NCBI RefSeq assembly: GCF_009914755.1
Contig: NC_060934.1
Reading direction: 5' to 3' (one strand)
DNA length: 64,000 nt
Source of the DNA: the human T2T-CHM13v2.0 reference genome, Homo sapiens
Part shown: in pieces, positions 38,689-52,622 of the stretch
How the letters are laid out: every line of letters starts with the position of its first letter
How positions within the stretch are numbered: the stretch's first letter is position 1
The notes under the pieces: model-generated
The model's database searches: none
What the model was told of the DNA's origin: nothing
Seen by the model: the letters and a program-made list of their open reading frames with translations, nothing else
Translations under genes and position numbers: made by a program

Positions 38689-39349
38689 TAATTAACCTAA
38701 AAAAATGCTAATGCAGAAATCATAGTACTGTAATGAAATTATTTAACCCGAGGTAAACAGCCCCAGGCGATTAGATGAAATAATTTATTATCCAAATAAG
38801 GTTTAGGGAGATTGGCCAGGTCAGTGCCAACGGCCTACTCTGGCCACTCAGCTGAGCCTTCTATTCATGGGTCCTGCATGGGGTTGGCACACTCCTCTCT
38901 TGAGCCTTTACTTTCCTCATGACAACTTTCTGCACAGATATGGAAGTGTGCTTTTCCTAAACTTCCTTCTTTTAACTTAAGTTGAGGACATAATAGGACT
39001 GTGCAGAGTTTATGCAAATGACACTGGCCTTTAGTAATGTTTCTAAAAATGGAACTCTGCAAGATTTAATATCACTGTGGTTGCCCGAAGAGAGTCACAG
39101 GAGCAGTGATAAAGGTGTTTTCTATGAAATGTGAATACAAAAAGCACAGGTGAGCCACCCAGTTTGATTTCAACGGAAGGAAGCCATTCTCCTATTGTGA
39201 TTTCAATGTGTTGAGTGAGCAGGGACCTTTCAAAATGGTGCATGCTGTTACAGAGAAGTGGGCATGTTAGTGCCTCTTGTTGGCCCAGACTTAACCTCAA
39301 GGAAATGGAGAAACCAGATTCTGTTCTGGAACTGGTTTCACAGCTTGAT

Positions 39350-40190
39350 TTCGTCAAACATTGAGAGAGTTTGTTGATTTCCTTCTAAGTGCTAGCCTTG
39401 TCCTAGGCACAGTGAGTGAATCCAAAGATGCATCCGACATGGACCTGCTCCTAAGGAACTTTTGATGCACCTGGGAAGATGCGTATGAATATAAATATGA
39501 TAATTCAGGTTTTCAAAGTGATGCAGTCCTTTTAAAAAAAATATAATGTCAATAATAACAAAGGGATGCAGTTGTTATGCCCAGATTCCAGAGAGGGGTG
39601 CTATTGCGAAATGAAGAGGACAGAGACTTCTTCATGAAGAAGAAACAGTATGACCTCACGAGGCTGATGGCCGCACCAACTGCTGTTGGACTTGGGGTCT
39701 AGAACCAGTTGTGTTAAGTAAACCATTCAAGCCTTCTGGGCCTCAATTTCTTAATCTGTAAAAGGAAAGATGATCTCCCTGAGGTTCCTTCCCACCTTGA
39801 TTATTCTCTATAAAGAAGGATTTGGCTAAAAGCAGCTAGTGCTCATTGAGCACTTCCTGGACATGATTTTCATATTAATCAACACAGTAGCCTCATGGTA
39901 GAGCTGCAGCTTTTATTCCCATTTTACAAAGGAGGGGAGTGAGGCTCAAGGAGATTAAGGGATTTGCCCTTCTACATCCAAACCCAGATTTGAGCAAATC
40001 TAAAGCCTTGAATCCCTGTGTTACAAAACCTTCAAGGAAGGGGATGCATTTAGGGGAAGAGCCAAGAAGGGAAGAGCATTCCAGGGAAGGCAAGCAGTGT
40101 GGACATAGTCAGGACCTAAGTGGCAAGACTGTAGTGTGTTCAGGAACAGCAAGATGACCTCGATGGCTGGAGCAAAGAGTTGCACAGCAA
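39350..40190. mobile_element. Mixed L2 and MIR relics
   Basis: L2-like aaacattgag...ctaggcacagtg; MIR gggcctcaatttcttaatctgtaaaa and ccattttacaaaggagggg. Confidence 0.5.
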
Positions 40191-40428
40191 ACTGGGTCAA
40201 CGTGCTTCTAGCACACCTTCCAACAGCCCCAAAGGAAACCTATACACCCTCCCCAGGCCCTCCTCCAGCAATATCAGAATGTTAGTTTCCTGTACAGGTG
40301 GAAAGAGTCTTTAAAAGGCTGCCTCCTCTGAGATATGTTGCATAAATTATTTTGAGGAAAAACATGATTTATGAACTTCCCCAACCTTCAGAACTGTGGC
40401 AAGGGACCTCCCCCAAAGGTTGGAAGCA

Positions 40429-40730
<302 letters not shown>

Positions 40731-41240
40731 TGGAAGCATCTTTTCATCAGAGATGGAGCTGAAGTTAGGCATCAGCATCCCCCAGCCTCTGTCATTGGAT
40801 GTTGGTCTAAAGAGACCTTGTGATCTGCCAGGGGAGCTTCTGGTTGGATAAGGACAACCGCTTCACCAGATTATGACCAGGCTATGACAGGCAGCAGAGC
40901 CCAGAAATGTGCTGCAGGGCCTTCCTCCCGTGAGCTCCCCTGAGCTCCTCAGCACCAGGTTCATGAATTACGGGATAGAATCTCCTTTACCCTGTGGTTA
41001 CAGGTATTGTTCTAGCCCCACCATAAGATGGTCATTTCTTAAAAAAAAAAAAAAAAGACTATTTTTATTACAGCAACACACACACATCATCAAATAGCAT
41101 TAAAAGACTGAATCCTCTGGACTTATTTTCTGCTATCTACTTACTGATTCATACCTTTTAGATAATATGCCAATATGCATTGTTTTGACTTCCTATCATA
41201 ATAATTGACCGTTTTAGTTTTTTTCTACTTCGTTTTATCC

Positions 41241-41377
41241 CTTTTTTTTTTTTTTTTTTAGAGAAATAGGGTCTTGCTATGTTACCCAGGCTGGTCTTAA
41301 ACTTCTGGCCTTAAGTGATCCTTCCACCTCGACCTCCCAAAGTGCTGGGATTACAGGCATGAGCCAACATGCCCAAC
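41241..41377 (-). mobile_element. FLAM-C / Alu left monomer
   Basis: T tail, then gagaaatagggtcttgctatgttaccc...gagccaacatgccc. Confidence 0.85.
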
Positions 41378-42518
41378 TCCCCCTGTATTGTTATAGCACA
41401 ATTTTTGTTTAATGTTAATGTGCTGATGTCTTCGTTAAAGTTTTTGAAAATTTAATAAGTAAATGCTGGTCACTGGTAAGCCAAGTAGTAATGTCCTCTG
41501 ATGATATCTGATTAAACTACTTGACATGGTCAGTATCCATCTATTTTGACTTATGAAGATGGCAATTTCACATTGGTCAGCCTAAACTTTGGTGTAAGTT
41601 TTGTTTCTTGGAGTTAATAACTGATTTTTTTTTTGTATGTGTTTCTCTGAGGCTGAAAGATTTTATATCTTTTAAAGACCTTTTCTTAGTTCCTGGGAGC
41701 CTGTTCTAATATGACAGTTGGAAGCCTGGAAAAAGTTTCCAGGCAGACTGTGGAGGAAGGCCTAGAGAACTGAGCGTGCCAGTTGGATCTGCTCTCCCCA
41801 GCCTGATTCTCGGCAGGATCTGGAGGAGACTCGTGTACCAAGACACCAAGGAGTGAGTTTTTGGGAGCGCCAGCACTGCAGAGAAGCTCAGAGCGGGTGG
41901 GGGGAGGCTGTTCCCTAGAGAGGAGATGCTGTTACAGAACTGGAGCCTCTAACAGCAACAGGGATGAAAGGGTCCTTGAAGAGGAGAGGCCACCTGCAGT
42001 GCTGAACCATCAGAAGCAAGTCACCTTAATGAATAGAAAGGTTGAAAACGTATCCAGGGAGTGTTGATCTGCAAAGATCTATGGAGACAGCAAAAGAAAA
42101 TGATATTAGTAGGAGCAAGAGAGATGGGTAGCCAACAAAAGTTGGAATAAATATATTATAATGTGTGTCATGTTGATCTTAAAGACCAAGCAGGGATGAG
42201 CAGAAGGATGAGGTCAGCTACCCCAAATGGAAAGTCATGATCCCTTGCTTGCTTTCCAGACCTAAGCCAGTTCTTGCACCTGGAACCCATCTATTGAAGG
42301 AAAGGCTGGGTCCCTGTGGGAAACACCTGCCATCCTATGGCAGATGTAGAAAGAGGTAATTTCCCCAGACCTTCCCCAAAGTTATCTATAGCCATGTACT
42401 CAGATCACCATGCAATGGGGAAAGCAGAATGCCCAGATTTCTCTAATGCTGTTAGAATATTAAGGTTGACACTCAAAGCAATATAAGTCTTCCTGTTCAG
42501 TTAAGGATATATGGGAAC

Positions 42519-42558
42519 TATATTAGTCAGGGTTCTCTAGAGGGACAGAACTAATAGG

Positions 42559-42604
<46 letters not shown>

Positions 42605-43042
42605 TTATACATATACATATATGTGTGTGTGTGTATATATATACATATACATATATATAAAGGGGAGTTTATTAAATATTAACTTATACAATCACAAGGT
42701 CCCACAATAGGCTGTCTGCAAGCTAAGGAGCAAGGAAAACAAGTCCGAGTTCCAAAACTGAAGAACTTGGAGTCTGATGTTTGAGGGCAGGAAGCATCCA
42801 GCATGGGAGAAAGATGGAGGCTGGGAGGCTAGACCAGTCTCTCTTTTTCATGTTTTTCTGCCTGCTTTATATTTGTTGGCAGCTGACTAGATTGTGCCCA
42901 CCAGATTAAGGGTGGATCTGCTTTCCCCAGCTCACTGACTCAAATGTTAATCTCTTTTGGCAACATTCTCACAGACAAACCCAGGATCAATACTTTGCAT
43001 CCTTCAATCCAATCAAGTTGACACCCAGTATTAACCATCACA
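42519..43042 (-). mobile_element. Solo MLT2A1-like (HERV-L) LTR
   Basis: tattagtcagggttctctagagggacagaac...caatccaatcaagttgacacccagtattaaccatcaca; TSD ggaac/ggagc. Confidence 0.88.
42558..42658. repeat. Compound (TA)n(TG)n microsatellite
   Basis: Directly visible alternating purine-pyrimidine tract. Confidence 0.95.
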
Positions 43043-43339
43043 GGAGCCTGTGATAAATGAAGTCCTGGCTCAGGTCCACAGACCCACCTGGGGGTCAGTT
43101 TGCCAGTTACTGAATGTATAATTGGAATGGACATACTTACCAGTTAGTGGAACTGTCATATTGGTCTCTTGATCTGTAAAGCAAGAAAATAATGTTATAA
43201 TAGGAAAGGCCCAGTGGATGGCACTGAAACCACCCTCTCACCCAGGCCAAGACATTAAATCAAAACCAATATCACACTATATTGATGACATCACATTAGT
43301 CAAACCGATGAGCAAGAAATAGCAAGAATAAGGTGCTCT

Positions 43340-43503
43340 GGCCAGGTGCAGTGTCTCACCCCTGTAGTCCCAGCTACTTGGGAGGCTGAGGCAGGAGGAT
43401 CGCTTGAACCCAGAATTCAAGGCCGCAATGAGCTATGACCGCACCATTGCACTCCAGCCTGGGTGACAGAGTGAGGCCCTGTCTCTAAAAAATAAAATAA
43501 AAA
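43340..43503 (+). mobile_element. FRAM / Alu right monomer
   Basis: ggccaggtgcagtg...gaccgcaccattgcactccagcc; A tail. Confidence 0.85.
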
Positions 43504-44099
43504 GAAGATGCACTCTGATGTACCATTCCTCCAGCTGTGCAGAGGTGGCCCGTCACCAAGGAGGATGGGAAGCTGGGATTAGAAGATGACCAGCAATCGT
43601 CGCCACACTGCATCAGTTCTGATTTATGTTGGTAACCCCTTTTAACTTGAACATAATTCTAGCACTTGGCTATTAAATTCAATTCTGCAAACAGTTACGG
43701 AGAGGCTACCGCATGCTCAGCACAGTGCTAGGTGCTATGGCTGTCTGCAAGGCTGTTTGAAACACCTAGGGCTCATGTGCTCAGAAGGACGGGTAAGTCT
43801 GTGCTTCTGAGTGCTGGGATGCAGCCTCTTTTCCCTACGAGAGGGGCTTAGGTGGTAGAGAAATAAATAAGTCAGCAAAAGAATGGCTGTGCTTTAAATT
43901 TTTTTTTTCTTTTTAGATTTTCAATTTCTTGTTTCTTAATGCCTTCACCTTCCATATTGACTTGGACACCCACCTGGTGTCCACCTAATCACTGACTTTA
44001 TTGCCTTTGCTCCTCCTTTGTCCTCTCCTCACCCCTCTTGCTAGCAATTGTAAGGTCAATGACCTCGTTGGCTTGGACAGACTCAGGAATAAGTGATGA

Positions 44100-44288
<189 letters not shown>

Positions 44289-45729
44289 TGACTTTCCAGT
44301 TTTTCAGTACCTTTTCAAATGATCACACAAAAGTGTTAGAGGTTAAGATGTCACCACGCTATGAGGGCACATGAGCCTTTGGTGGCCTCCAGGACACAGA
44401 TGACAAACTGTGAACAAAAATCCATCAGTGGAGGAGGGGAACAGACAGTGCCCTGAGTCCCCCACATGGGGCCTTAGGTTTGCTGATGTGTGTCTGTCTG
44501 TACACATGCATAAATATGAGTGTATCTGTGTGTGTATTCATGTATACATAACTCCTTTTATAACAAATATCCTTTGATTAAAAGTAATAAATCTCCCTTG
44601 GCTGAAGTGACAGGTATCTGGGATTATTATTTTGCTTTTGCAACCCATAAAAGAAAAATCAAATCCACAAGATCTGCAGGGGAGGAGCAGGTTAAATACT
44701 AAGTGCTGGGTCTAATCCTTCAGCAGCCAGGCAGGATTAGGGGCTGAGGCTTGTACTGCTGACGAGAGACAGCAGAAGGCTGCATGGTAAGTGGCACGTG
44801 TTCTAATGAGTTGAAAGCAGCATGAAGGAGCCTTTTTTATCCTCTGGCTCTAAGAGTTTGCCTTATCTTCTTAAGTGTCAACTTGTTAATATTTGAAGAG
44901 AAAACCAGAAAAGTCTTACTGATTCCTGCTTTCTCCTGTGCTTTCTTTTGAGGAGGTCGCTCATTTAGAAGCACTTGACTTGGGTGGGCATCCCTATGAG
45001 CTGGAGGGGCCCAGGCTGCAGAGGCTCTCATGGGAGTTCTGTGGCTGGAAGTGGGTTGTTGGAGCAACTCGAACCCGAAGTTGAGTTCATTCATTATCCC
45101 AGGAAAGGGCCATCAGTTAAAAGGGAACTCATACTTTCAAGACCAGCCTGCTTTCAAGGTGTCAACTGATCGTGTAGACAATGTCTCAAAAAACAAAAAA
45201 AAAATCAACCATGACATTAACTTCAAAAAGCAAGGGATTGATTTGTGATCAATATGAAAATATGAACAATGAAGACAAGCAGGAAAGTACCCACGAGGAT
45301 GATTTTTCCACCAACTGCTTCGTGCACATTGTACCACAACCAAAGAAAAGAGCAGAGAGGAACATCCCTGGGCTCCTGAGAGGAGAGATGGAGCGGCGTT
45401 TGAATGGTGTTTGTCTCCCTGGCTTTTCCAGATACAATCTCCGAAGCTTTTTACTCCTTCACAATTGGCTTCATTAGCATTTCAGGAAAGACTCTTTCTG
45501 TTCATGAGTTTTACCTTTCTGATGTTAGTTCCCTATTTTCAGGCAATTTATCAAAAGGAGTAGAGTGATCCAGATTAAGTGTATGGATGAAACGGGACTA
45601 AAAAGCGATATTAATGGGTTTTTCTTACCCCCTCAAAAATATTTTTCTTTGTGATGTAGGAATCACCTGACATTTTTCAGGGATGGTGCAAGTGAGCTCA
45701 AGTGACGGGTCAGTGCGGTGGGACACTGG

Positions 45730-45930
45730 CCATGGTGCCAGCAGCATGGGGTCACATCCTGGCTCTGTTGTGTGACCTTGGGCAAGTCACGTACCCTCTG
45801 GGTTGAGTGTGCTCATATGTAAATCAGGAGATGGCTTACACGGGAGATAGCTGCTTTGCATCACAGAATTGCTGTGAGAAATAGCATAAAGCAAGATGAT
45901 ATTTGGGAAAGTCCTTTGGAAATAACAGAA
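45730..45930 (+). mobile_element. MIR
   Basis: tgtgtgaccttgggcaagtcacgtaccctctg. Confidence 0.72.
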
Positions 45931-46237
45931 TTACCCACATGCCAAGTGGTTTTATTCCATGCTGCCCTGTTTCAGCTTGCTTGGGCAGCAAGATTCAATT
46001 ATCTGGAGCGCCAGAGGGAAGAGGCCTCTGTTTAATTTGTTTTTCTGCTATTTTCAGAGATTTAATTACAAGTCCTTACTGATGCAACCCTTCTTATACA
46101 TTTTTCTAAGCTCCACCTGGCCTTTTGCTCACCTTATCACCTTATCAAGCCAAAAAATCTTCTTTTGTGTAAAGGTAGTGTTCGTTAGCTTTCTTCCAAA
46201 TAAAGTCACTAATTTTTTTCCCTTATAATTTAAAGTA

Positions 46238-46808
<571 letters not shown>

Positions 46809-47354
46809 TAATTCCTTCATTCTTTCCACATTTATCAGCTTGCACGCTGCTATAAGGAAGGGTTTCCCTCTCCCTAATCAATTTATTATTTATTTTTCAT
46901 TTATTCGTTTATATCAATATGAACTCATGGATTCTTGTTCTACACCACTTGGTTTGATTTTTACATTATCCCCACTTTGGCCAGTAGGGGGCCCTAGCTA
47001 CCTCCCACATCCTCCTGCTATAGCCCTTCAGTCTGTTTTCCTGACTTTCCAGCACAAGTCCTTTTTTCTTTTTGGCTAAATCTAATGATCCATGTCGTCT
47101 GTCCTGTGAGCTTGGGATTCTACCCAGAAGTCAACAGACAAGAGAGGAATTTTGATAAAAGATTAAAAAAAAAAGACAGTTTCTGAGTAAAATGATAGCC
47201 CAAGGCATCTCCTTTCTAGACCTCCGATGAATTGATGAAGAAATATGAAAAACAGAAAAGACTCCATAACAGTGCAGGAAATTAGGGAAGAGATCCCCTG
47301 CATATTAGAAATTCAATTTCCCTTCTCAAGAAACAGCAGCAACAAGGGCTGAGA

Positions 47355-47870
47355 TCACTTATAAGTGGGAGCTAAATAATGTGTGCAGGGCTGGGCACGG
47401 TGGCTACACCTGTCATCCCAGCATTTTGGGAGGCCAAGACGGGCAGATCACTTAAGCCCAGAAGTTCAAGACCAGCCTGGGCAACATGGCAAAACCCCAT
47501 CTCTTTGGGGTATGGCGGTGCATATCTGTGGTCCCAGCTACTCAGAAGGCTGAGGCTGGAGGATTGATTGAGCCTGGGAAGTTGAGGCTTCAGTGAGCTG
47601 TGATCACACCACTGTGCTCCAGCCTGGGCAACAGAGAAAGACCCTGTCTCAAAAAATAATAATAATAAAATAATGTACACACATGGACATAGAGTGTGAA
47701 ATGATAGAGATTGGAGACTTAGAGGAAGGGGGGTGATGAGAAATTACTTAATAGGTACGGTGTACATTATTCGGGTGATGGATACACTAAAAGCCCCGAA
47801 TTTACCACTATGCAATATATCCCTGTAATAAGTTACACTTGCACCACATACATTTATACAAATAAAAAAT
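47355..47870 (+). mobile_element. L1PB4/L1MA-like 3' end containing an AluJ (47388-47668, linker deleted)
   Basis: cacttataagtgggagctaaataatgt | catggacatagagtgtg...gatgagaaattacttaatagg...aataaa; Alu TSD aaataatgt. Confidence 0.82.
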
Positions 47871-48119
47871 TTTTTAAAGAAGAAAATAATTGTAACCCTT
47901 GTTCCAGGGCCTCATGGCGTTTCATGCCACCTGGGCGAGACAGCGTGCGTTCTTACTGGGCACTGGCACTTTGGACGTCTGTCGAGTGACTGACTTTTGG
48001 AAGGTCCTCATCATCTGTCTTAGTTGAAATCTCTTTTAATGATCAGGTTACCCAATGAAAGTATACTTTGTATGGATCAGAAAGACCCTTTGTTTCCCGC
48101 AATTAATTAAGTACACTAG

Positions 48120-48620
<501 letters not shown>

Positions 48621-49744
48621 TAATCCTTGGAACCTGTGAATTGTTTTTCCTTATTTATTTAATTACGTATTTATTGTTATGCTGCTAATCTCAAAGGACG
48701 CTTTCTTCTAGAAAGCAGAAACAATTGATTCTGCAAATGTGTGGTTTCCCATTGACATCTAAGGAAAAATGAAACAGGGCCTGGGAGACAGTTTACACCG
48801 TATTCATCCAGGACATTCTCACTGATGGACTTTCCACGAAAGCTCTGCAAGTTTTCCTTTCAGTTTCACTGTCCGTTGGCCGGTACTGGTTGCTTGACTA
48901 AGCCCTGTTGGCGTGGGTTACTGCTCACCCTGACAGGTCTTTGTGAAACATGAAACAATACAAACATTCTTCTCATTTCCCCTCCGTTCTTCCTCTTGGA
49001 GCTGTTCCCAGTCCCGGTGGCCCTTCTGAAGCCGAGTGGGAAGCTCAGAAGGAACCTCTGGATTTGTTTACCGGTGTCAGGAATGGAAACTGCTGGGGCA
49101 CCTGTGTACTCTTGCTGGTTTCTTAAACTCTGTCTGAATCCCACACACCCTTGCTTTTCGGGGAGTTGTGGCTGGCTGGGACAGGAGCAAGGAGTCTCTC
49201 CTTTGAGTCAAAGGAGGCACAGTAGCCAGAAGGAGGGCTTAGATATGAGAATGTTACAGGCCAAGAAGCTAGACGGACCATCTGGAGAGTGACCAAAATG
49301 AAAAGCGCAGCGGCAGTTGTGCAGCTGTGGTCTGGAGCGAGGTGTCCAGGGTCTTGGGCAATGGAAGACATAGAGGAGGCCAGAGATGATTGCTTCCAAT
49401 GGAGTCTGTAGCTCGCACTTGCTTTTGTGGCCAGTGATGTGAGCAGATGGGTTTACCAGGCTATAAGCTTTTGGTGGCTGTGTGCAAAGACTTCCACTGA
49501 GATGATCGTGTCTCCTCAGGCACATCTGGGTGTTGGTCCTGACAGCTGGAGTATTGGGGTTTGAGTTTTGCCTGAAGGACTCACTGGTGAGGCTGAACCA
49601 AGTGTGTTTCTTTGGCCATCACAAGGACCCAGGCAGGATGTCATACTCAGCAGTACAGCAAGAACTGGTCCAATGCTTCAGATCTGTGATTCTCAATGGG
49701 CAGAGGGCAATAAGTAATGTCTGAAGACTTTTTAAAAAAAAATT

Positions 49745-50185
49745 AATTAGAGAGAGGGTCTTGGCTCACTGCAGCCTCCAACTCCTGGGTTCAAGTGATC
49801 CTTCTGCCTCAGCCTCCCAAGTAGCTAGGACTACAGAGGTGTCCCACCATGCCAGGCTTGAAGACTTTAAAATTTTATATATTTTATTTCAATTTTTTTT
49901 GAGTTGTGGTCTCACTCTGTCACCCAAGCTGGAGTGCAGTGGCGTGATCAAGGCTCACTGCAACCTCCACCTCCCCAGATTCAAGCAATCCTCCTGCCTC
50001 AGCCTCCTGAGCAGTTGGGATTACAGGCGTGAGCCACCACACCTGGCTAATTTTTGCATTTTTGGTAGAGACGGGGTTTTGCCATGTTGATCAGGCTAGT
50101 CTCGAATTTCTGAGCTCCAGCAATCCACCCATCTAGGCCTCCTAAAGTGCTGGGACTACAGATGTGAGCCACCCCCAGCTCGGCC
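49745..50185 (-). mobile_element. Alu right-arm fragment (49745-49858) and full AluJb/S (49890-50185)
   Basis: Alu homology; tgaagacttt duplicated around the fragment. Confidence 0.85.
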
Positions 50186-50982
50186 TAAGTTTATTTTTTG
50201 TTCCTAGGTATTTGAGAGGTGCAAGTGCAGGTTTCTTACATGTGTATTTTGCATAGTGATGAAGTCTTAGCTTTTAGTGTACCTATCACCTGAATAGTGA
50301 ACATTGTACCCAATAGGTAATTTTTCAACACTCACCCCCTCCAACCCTCCCACCTTTTGTAGTCTCCAATATCTGTGATTCTATTCTGTGTGTCCATGTG
50401 TACCCACTCTTCAGCTCCCACTTATAAATGAAAACATTCCATATTTGACTGTTTCTGAGTGATTTCACTTAGGATAATGGCCTCTAGTTCCATCCATGTT
50501 GCTGCAAAAGACATGATTTCATTCTTTTTTATGGCTGAATAGTATTTCATGATGTGTGTATATATTATATATAATTATATAATATATTATATATTAGTAT
50601 ACATGTACATAATATATTATGTAATATATAATAACATTTAATATATTACATTATATAAACAATATATTATATTATATACATAATAATTATATATTATATA
50701 TTATTATATTACTATAATATATAAATATAATATATAAATATATACTATATGTTATACTATGTATACACTATATATACTATATTATATTAATATATTATAT
50801 ATAATAGTTAAATATTTTATATACAATTATATGTACAATAATATATAATTATTCTATATATAGTATAATGATATATATATCATATTTTCTTTGTCCAATT
50901 CTCCATTGCTAAACACTTAGGTTGATTCCATATCTTTGCTATTGTGAATAGAGCTGTGATAAACATATTAGTGCAGATGTTT
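50186..50982 (-). mobile_element. L1PB 3' end
   Basis: gtgcaggtttcttacatg...gtacccaataggtaatttttcaac...gttgctgcaaaagacatgatttcattc. Confidence 0.85.
50555..50882. repeat. Degenerate (TA)-rich expansion within the L1PB
   Basis: About 330 bp of nearly pure A/T (tatat/tataa units). Confidence 0.95.
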
Positions 50983-51519
50983 AGAAGACATTTTTGAATG
51001 TCACTGAGTGGGGATGCAGCCAGCATCTAATGGGTAGAGGTCAGGGATGCTGCTAGACATTCTACAAGACACAGAATTATCAGTGCCCTGTGAGAAAGAA
51101 TTATTCAGCACTAAGGTTGAGACACCTGCCTAGATTCTAGGAAATACAATGTCGTAAGTTAGCCACTGGGAGGGTGCTAAAGCCCTCCAGGGACTAGTAC
51201 AAGATTGAAGAGACCCTCACTGTTGAAAGCAGAGGGCATGTACTCCATGTCACACATTTTATGTAAGCCTCACAAAGTTTTTGCCTTCAAGAAAATCTAG
51301 AATTAGAAGATCCTTATTTATTTCCACAGTCCCTGGGTTCCACCTTCAAAGTATCAAGATTTGCTGATAGCTGATTATTGCCCCATAGACAGAGTTTTCT
51401 TTGTGATGCATCTGCTTATAACTTTTTTGGAGATTCAAGAGTTGCATAGGAAGTTTAGGGGCTGACTGCTTTGCCCACTGGGACTGTAATGTAGGATCCC
51501 CTTTGCCTTTTTTTTTTCC

Positions 51520-51985
51520 ATCTATAATCAACAGAAATTTATTTGCTCATGGTTCTGTTGGCTGAGAAGTCCAAGACTGAGGGATCAGCATCTGGTGAGG
51601 GCTTTCTTGCTGTGTCAGCCAAAGGTCAGGAACCCTGTACAGGGACTGTGTAGACAAGGTGTGAGGCCAGTTTTCCCAAGGAGCTTGTATTGGCTCTATA
51701 AGTCAAGTTTGATTCCTTAAAGCAAATTTCACCATTCCAGTCAAAGCCTTGGTAAAATAACCAGTATCTCCAGTTGTGTCCCTTTTGCTGACATGTCAGT
51801 GAAGCAGCTATGTTGTCTGTGGTAAATACCTGGGTCCATCATCTTGTGCTAAGAAAATTTAGCACACAGACATACACAGGAGTTTAGGAGCAGAGATTTA
51901 ATAGGCAAAAGACAGAGAAAGGAAAACAGCTCTCGCTCTAGTGAGAGAGAAGGGACTTCCATGAAGAAAAGACCCCCCCCCTTTG
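51520..51985 (-). mobile_element. Mosaic: MST/MLT1A LTR piece, ERV1 internal piece, MER61/LTR9-like LTR 3' end (51800-51985)
   Basis: acagaaatttatttgctcatggttctg...; caaagccttggtaaaataaccag; reverse complement ggtatttaccacagacaacatagctgcttca. Confidence 0.6.
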
Positions 51986-52471
51986 TCTTATTCATATAGC
52001 AGCCTAGAAAGAATGCTGTTCTGGGACTCAAGAGGAAGTCACTTGGTTTTTCTGGCCTCAGTTTGCTCACCTGTAAGATGGGCTGGTGCAGCGGATGATC
52101 CCTAAGATCCTGCCATTGTGCCCTGATTCTGAGACTAGCATTATCAGGGAATCCATACAGCTTCATGCAGCCATTCTCTTGGGATCACAAAGGTTATGTA
52201 TCTCCTTGTTTCACTTTAAAATTAGAAGATCTTGGAGATCATCAGTATAAAAGTCATACTGGTGTTTTCCTACCCTAAATATAATGCTCCTTACTCAGGA
52301 GAAGGGGGGACTGGGGATAACTTGAGGACAGCATTTGGTTCTGGGAATGAAGAGAGCAACAAGCCCCCCAGGGCAGCTCTTGCCTCTTCAGCCGAAGTTT
52401 GAGGCAGGTGACTGCCAGACCTCTTTCCCTGCTGGCCTCTTACCTCTCAACTCCAGAGAGGCATGGGGAGT

Positions 52472-52622
52472 AGGAGTGCCAGAGAAAATACAGGATGCTG
52501 GTTAAATTTGAGTTTCAGATTGACAACAATTTTTTTTTTGTATTAGATATCTTAAACATCGCATGGCTTAGTAGAAGCATATCTCAAATACTGCAGATGT
52601 ATTTGCTAAGCCTGACAACCTT
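52472..52622. mobile_element. MER53-like non-autonomous DNA transposon (partial)
   Basis: gccagagaaaatacaggatgctggttaaatttgagtttcagat...tatttgctaagcctgacaacc. Confidence 0.65.

Larger units (their letters stand above)
42180..43330 (+). mobile_element. ERVL-class internal relic (gag end / protease / RT piece), split by MLT2A
   Basis: FPDLSQF, ECIIGMDIL, NQNQYH and HYIDDITL; heavily degraded. Confidence 0.75.
49684..51128 (+). mobile_element. MER20 DNA transposon split by Alu/Alu/L1 insertions
   Basis: tgattctcaa...aatgtctgaagac | gaagacatttttg...gcatctaatgggtagaggtcagggatgctgctagacattctaca...aggttgagacacctg. Confidence 0.78.

Noticed and set aside
52472-52622. MER53-derived miRNA hairpin (miR-1302-like)
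   Set aside because: The second arm of the palindrome is largely missing or diverged, so a long hairpin is not supported.
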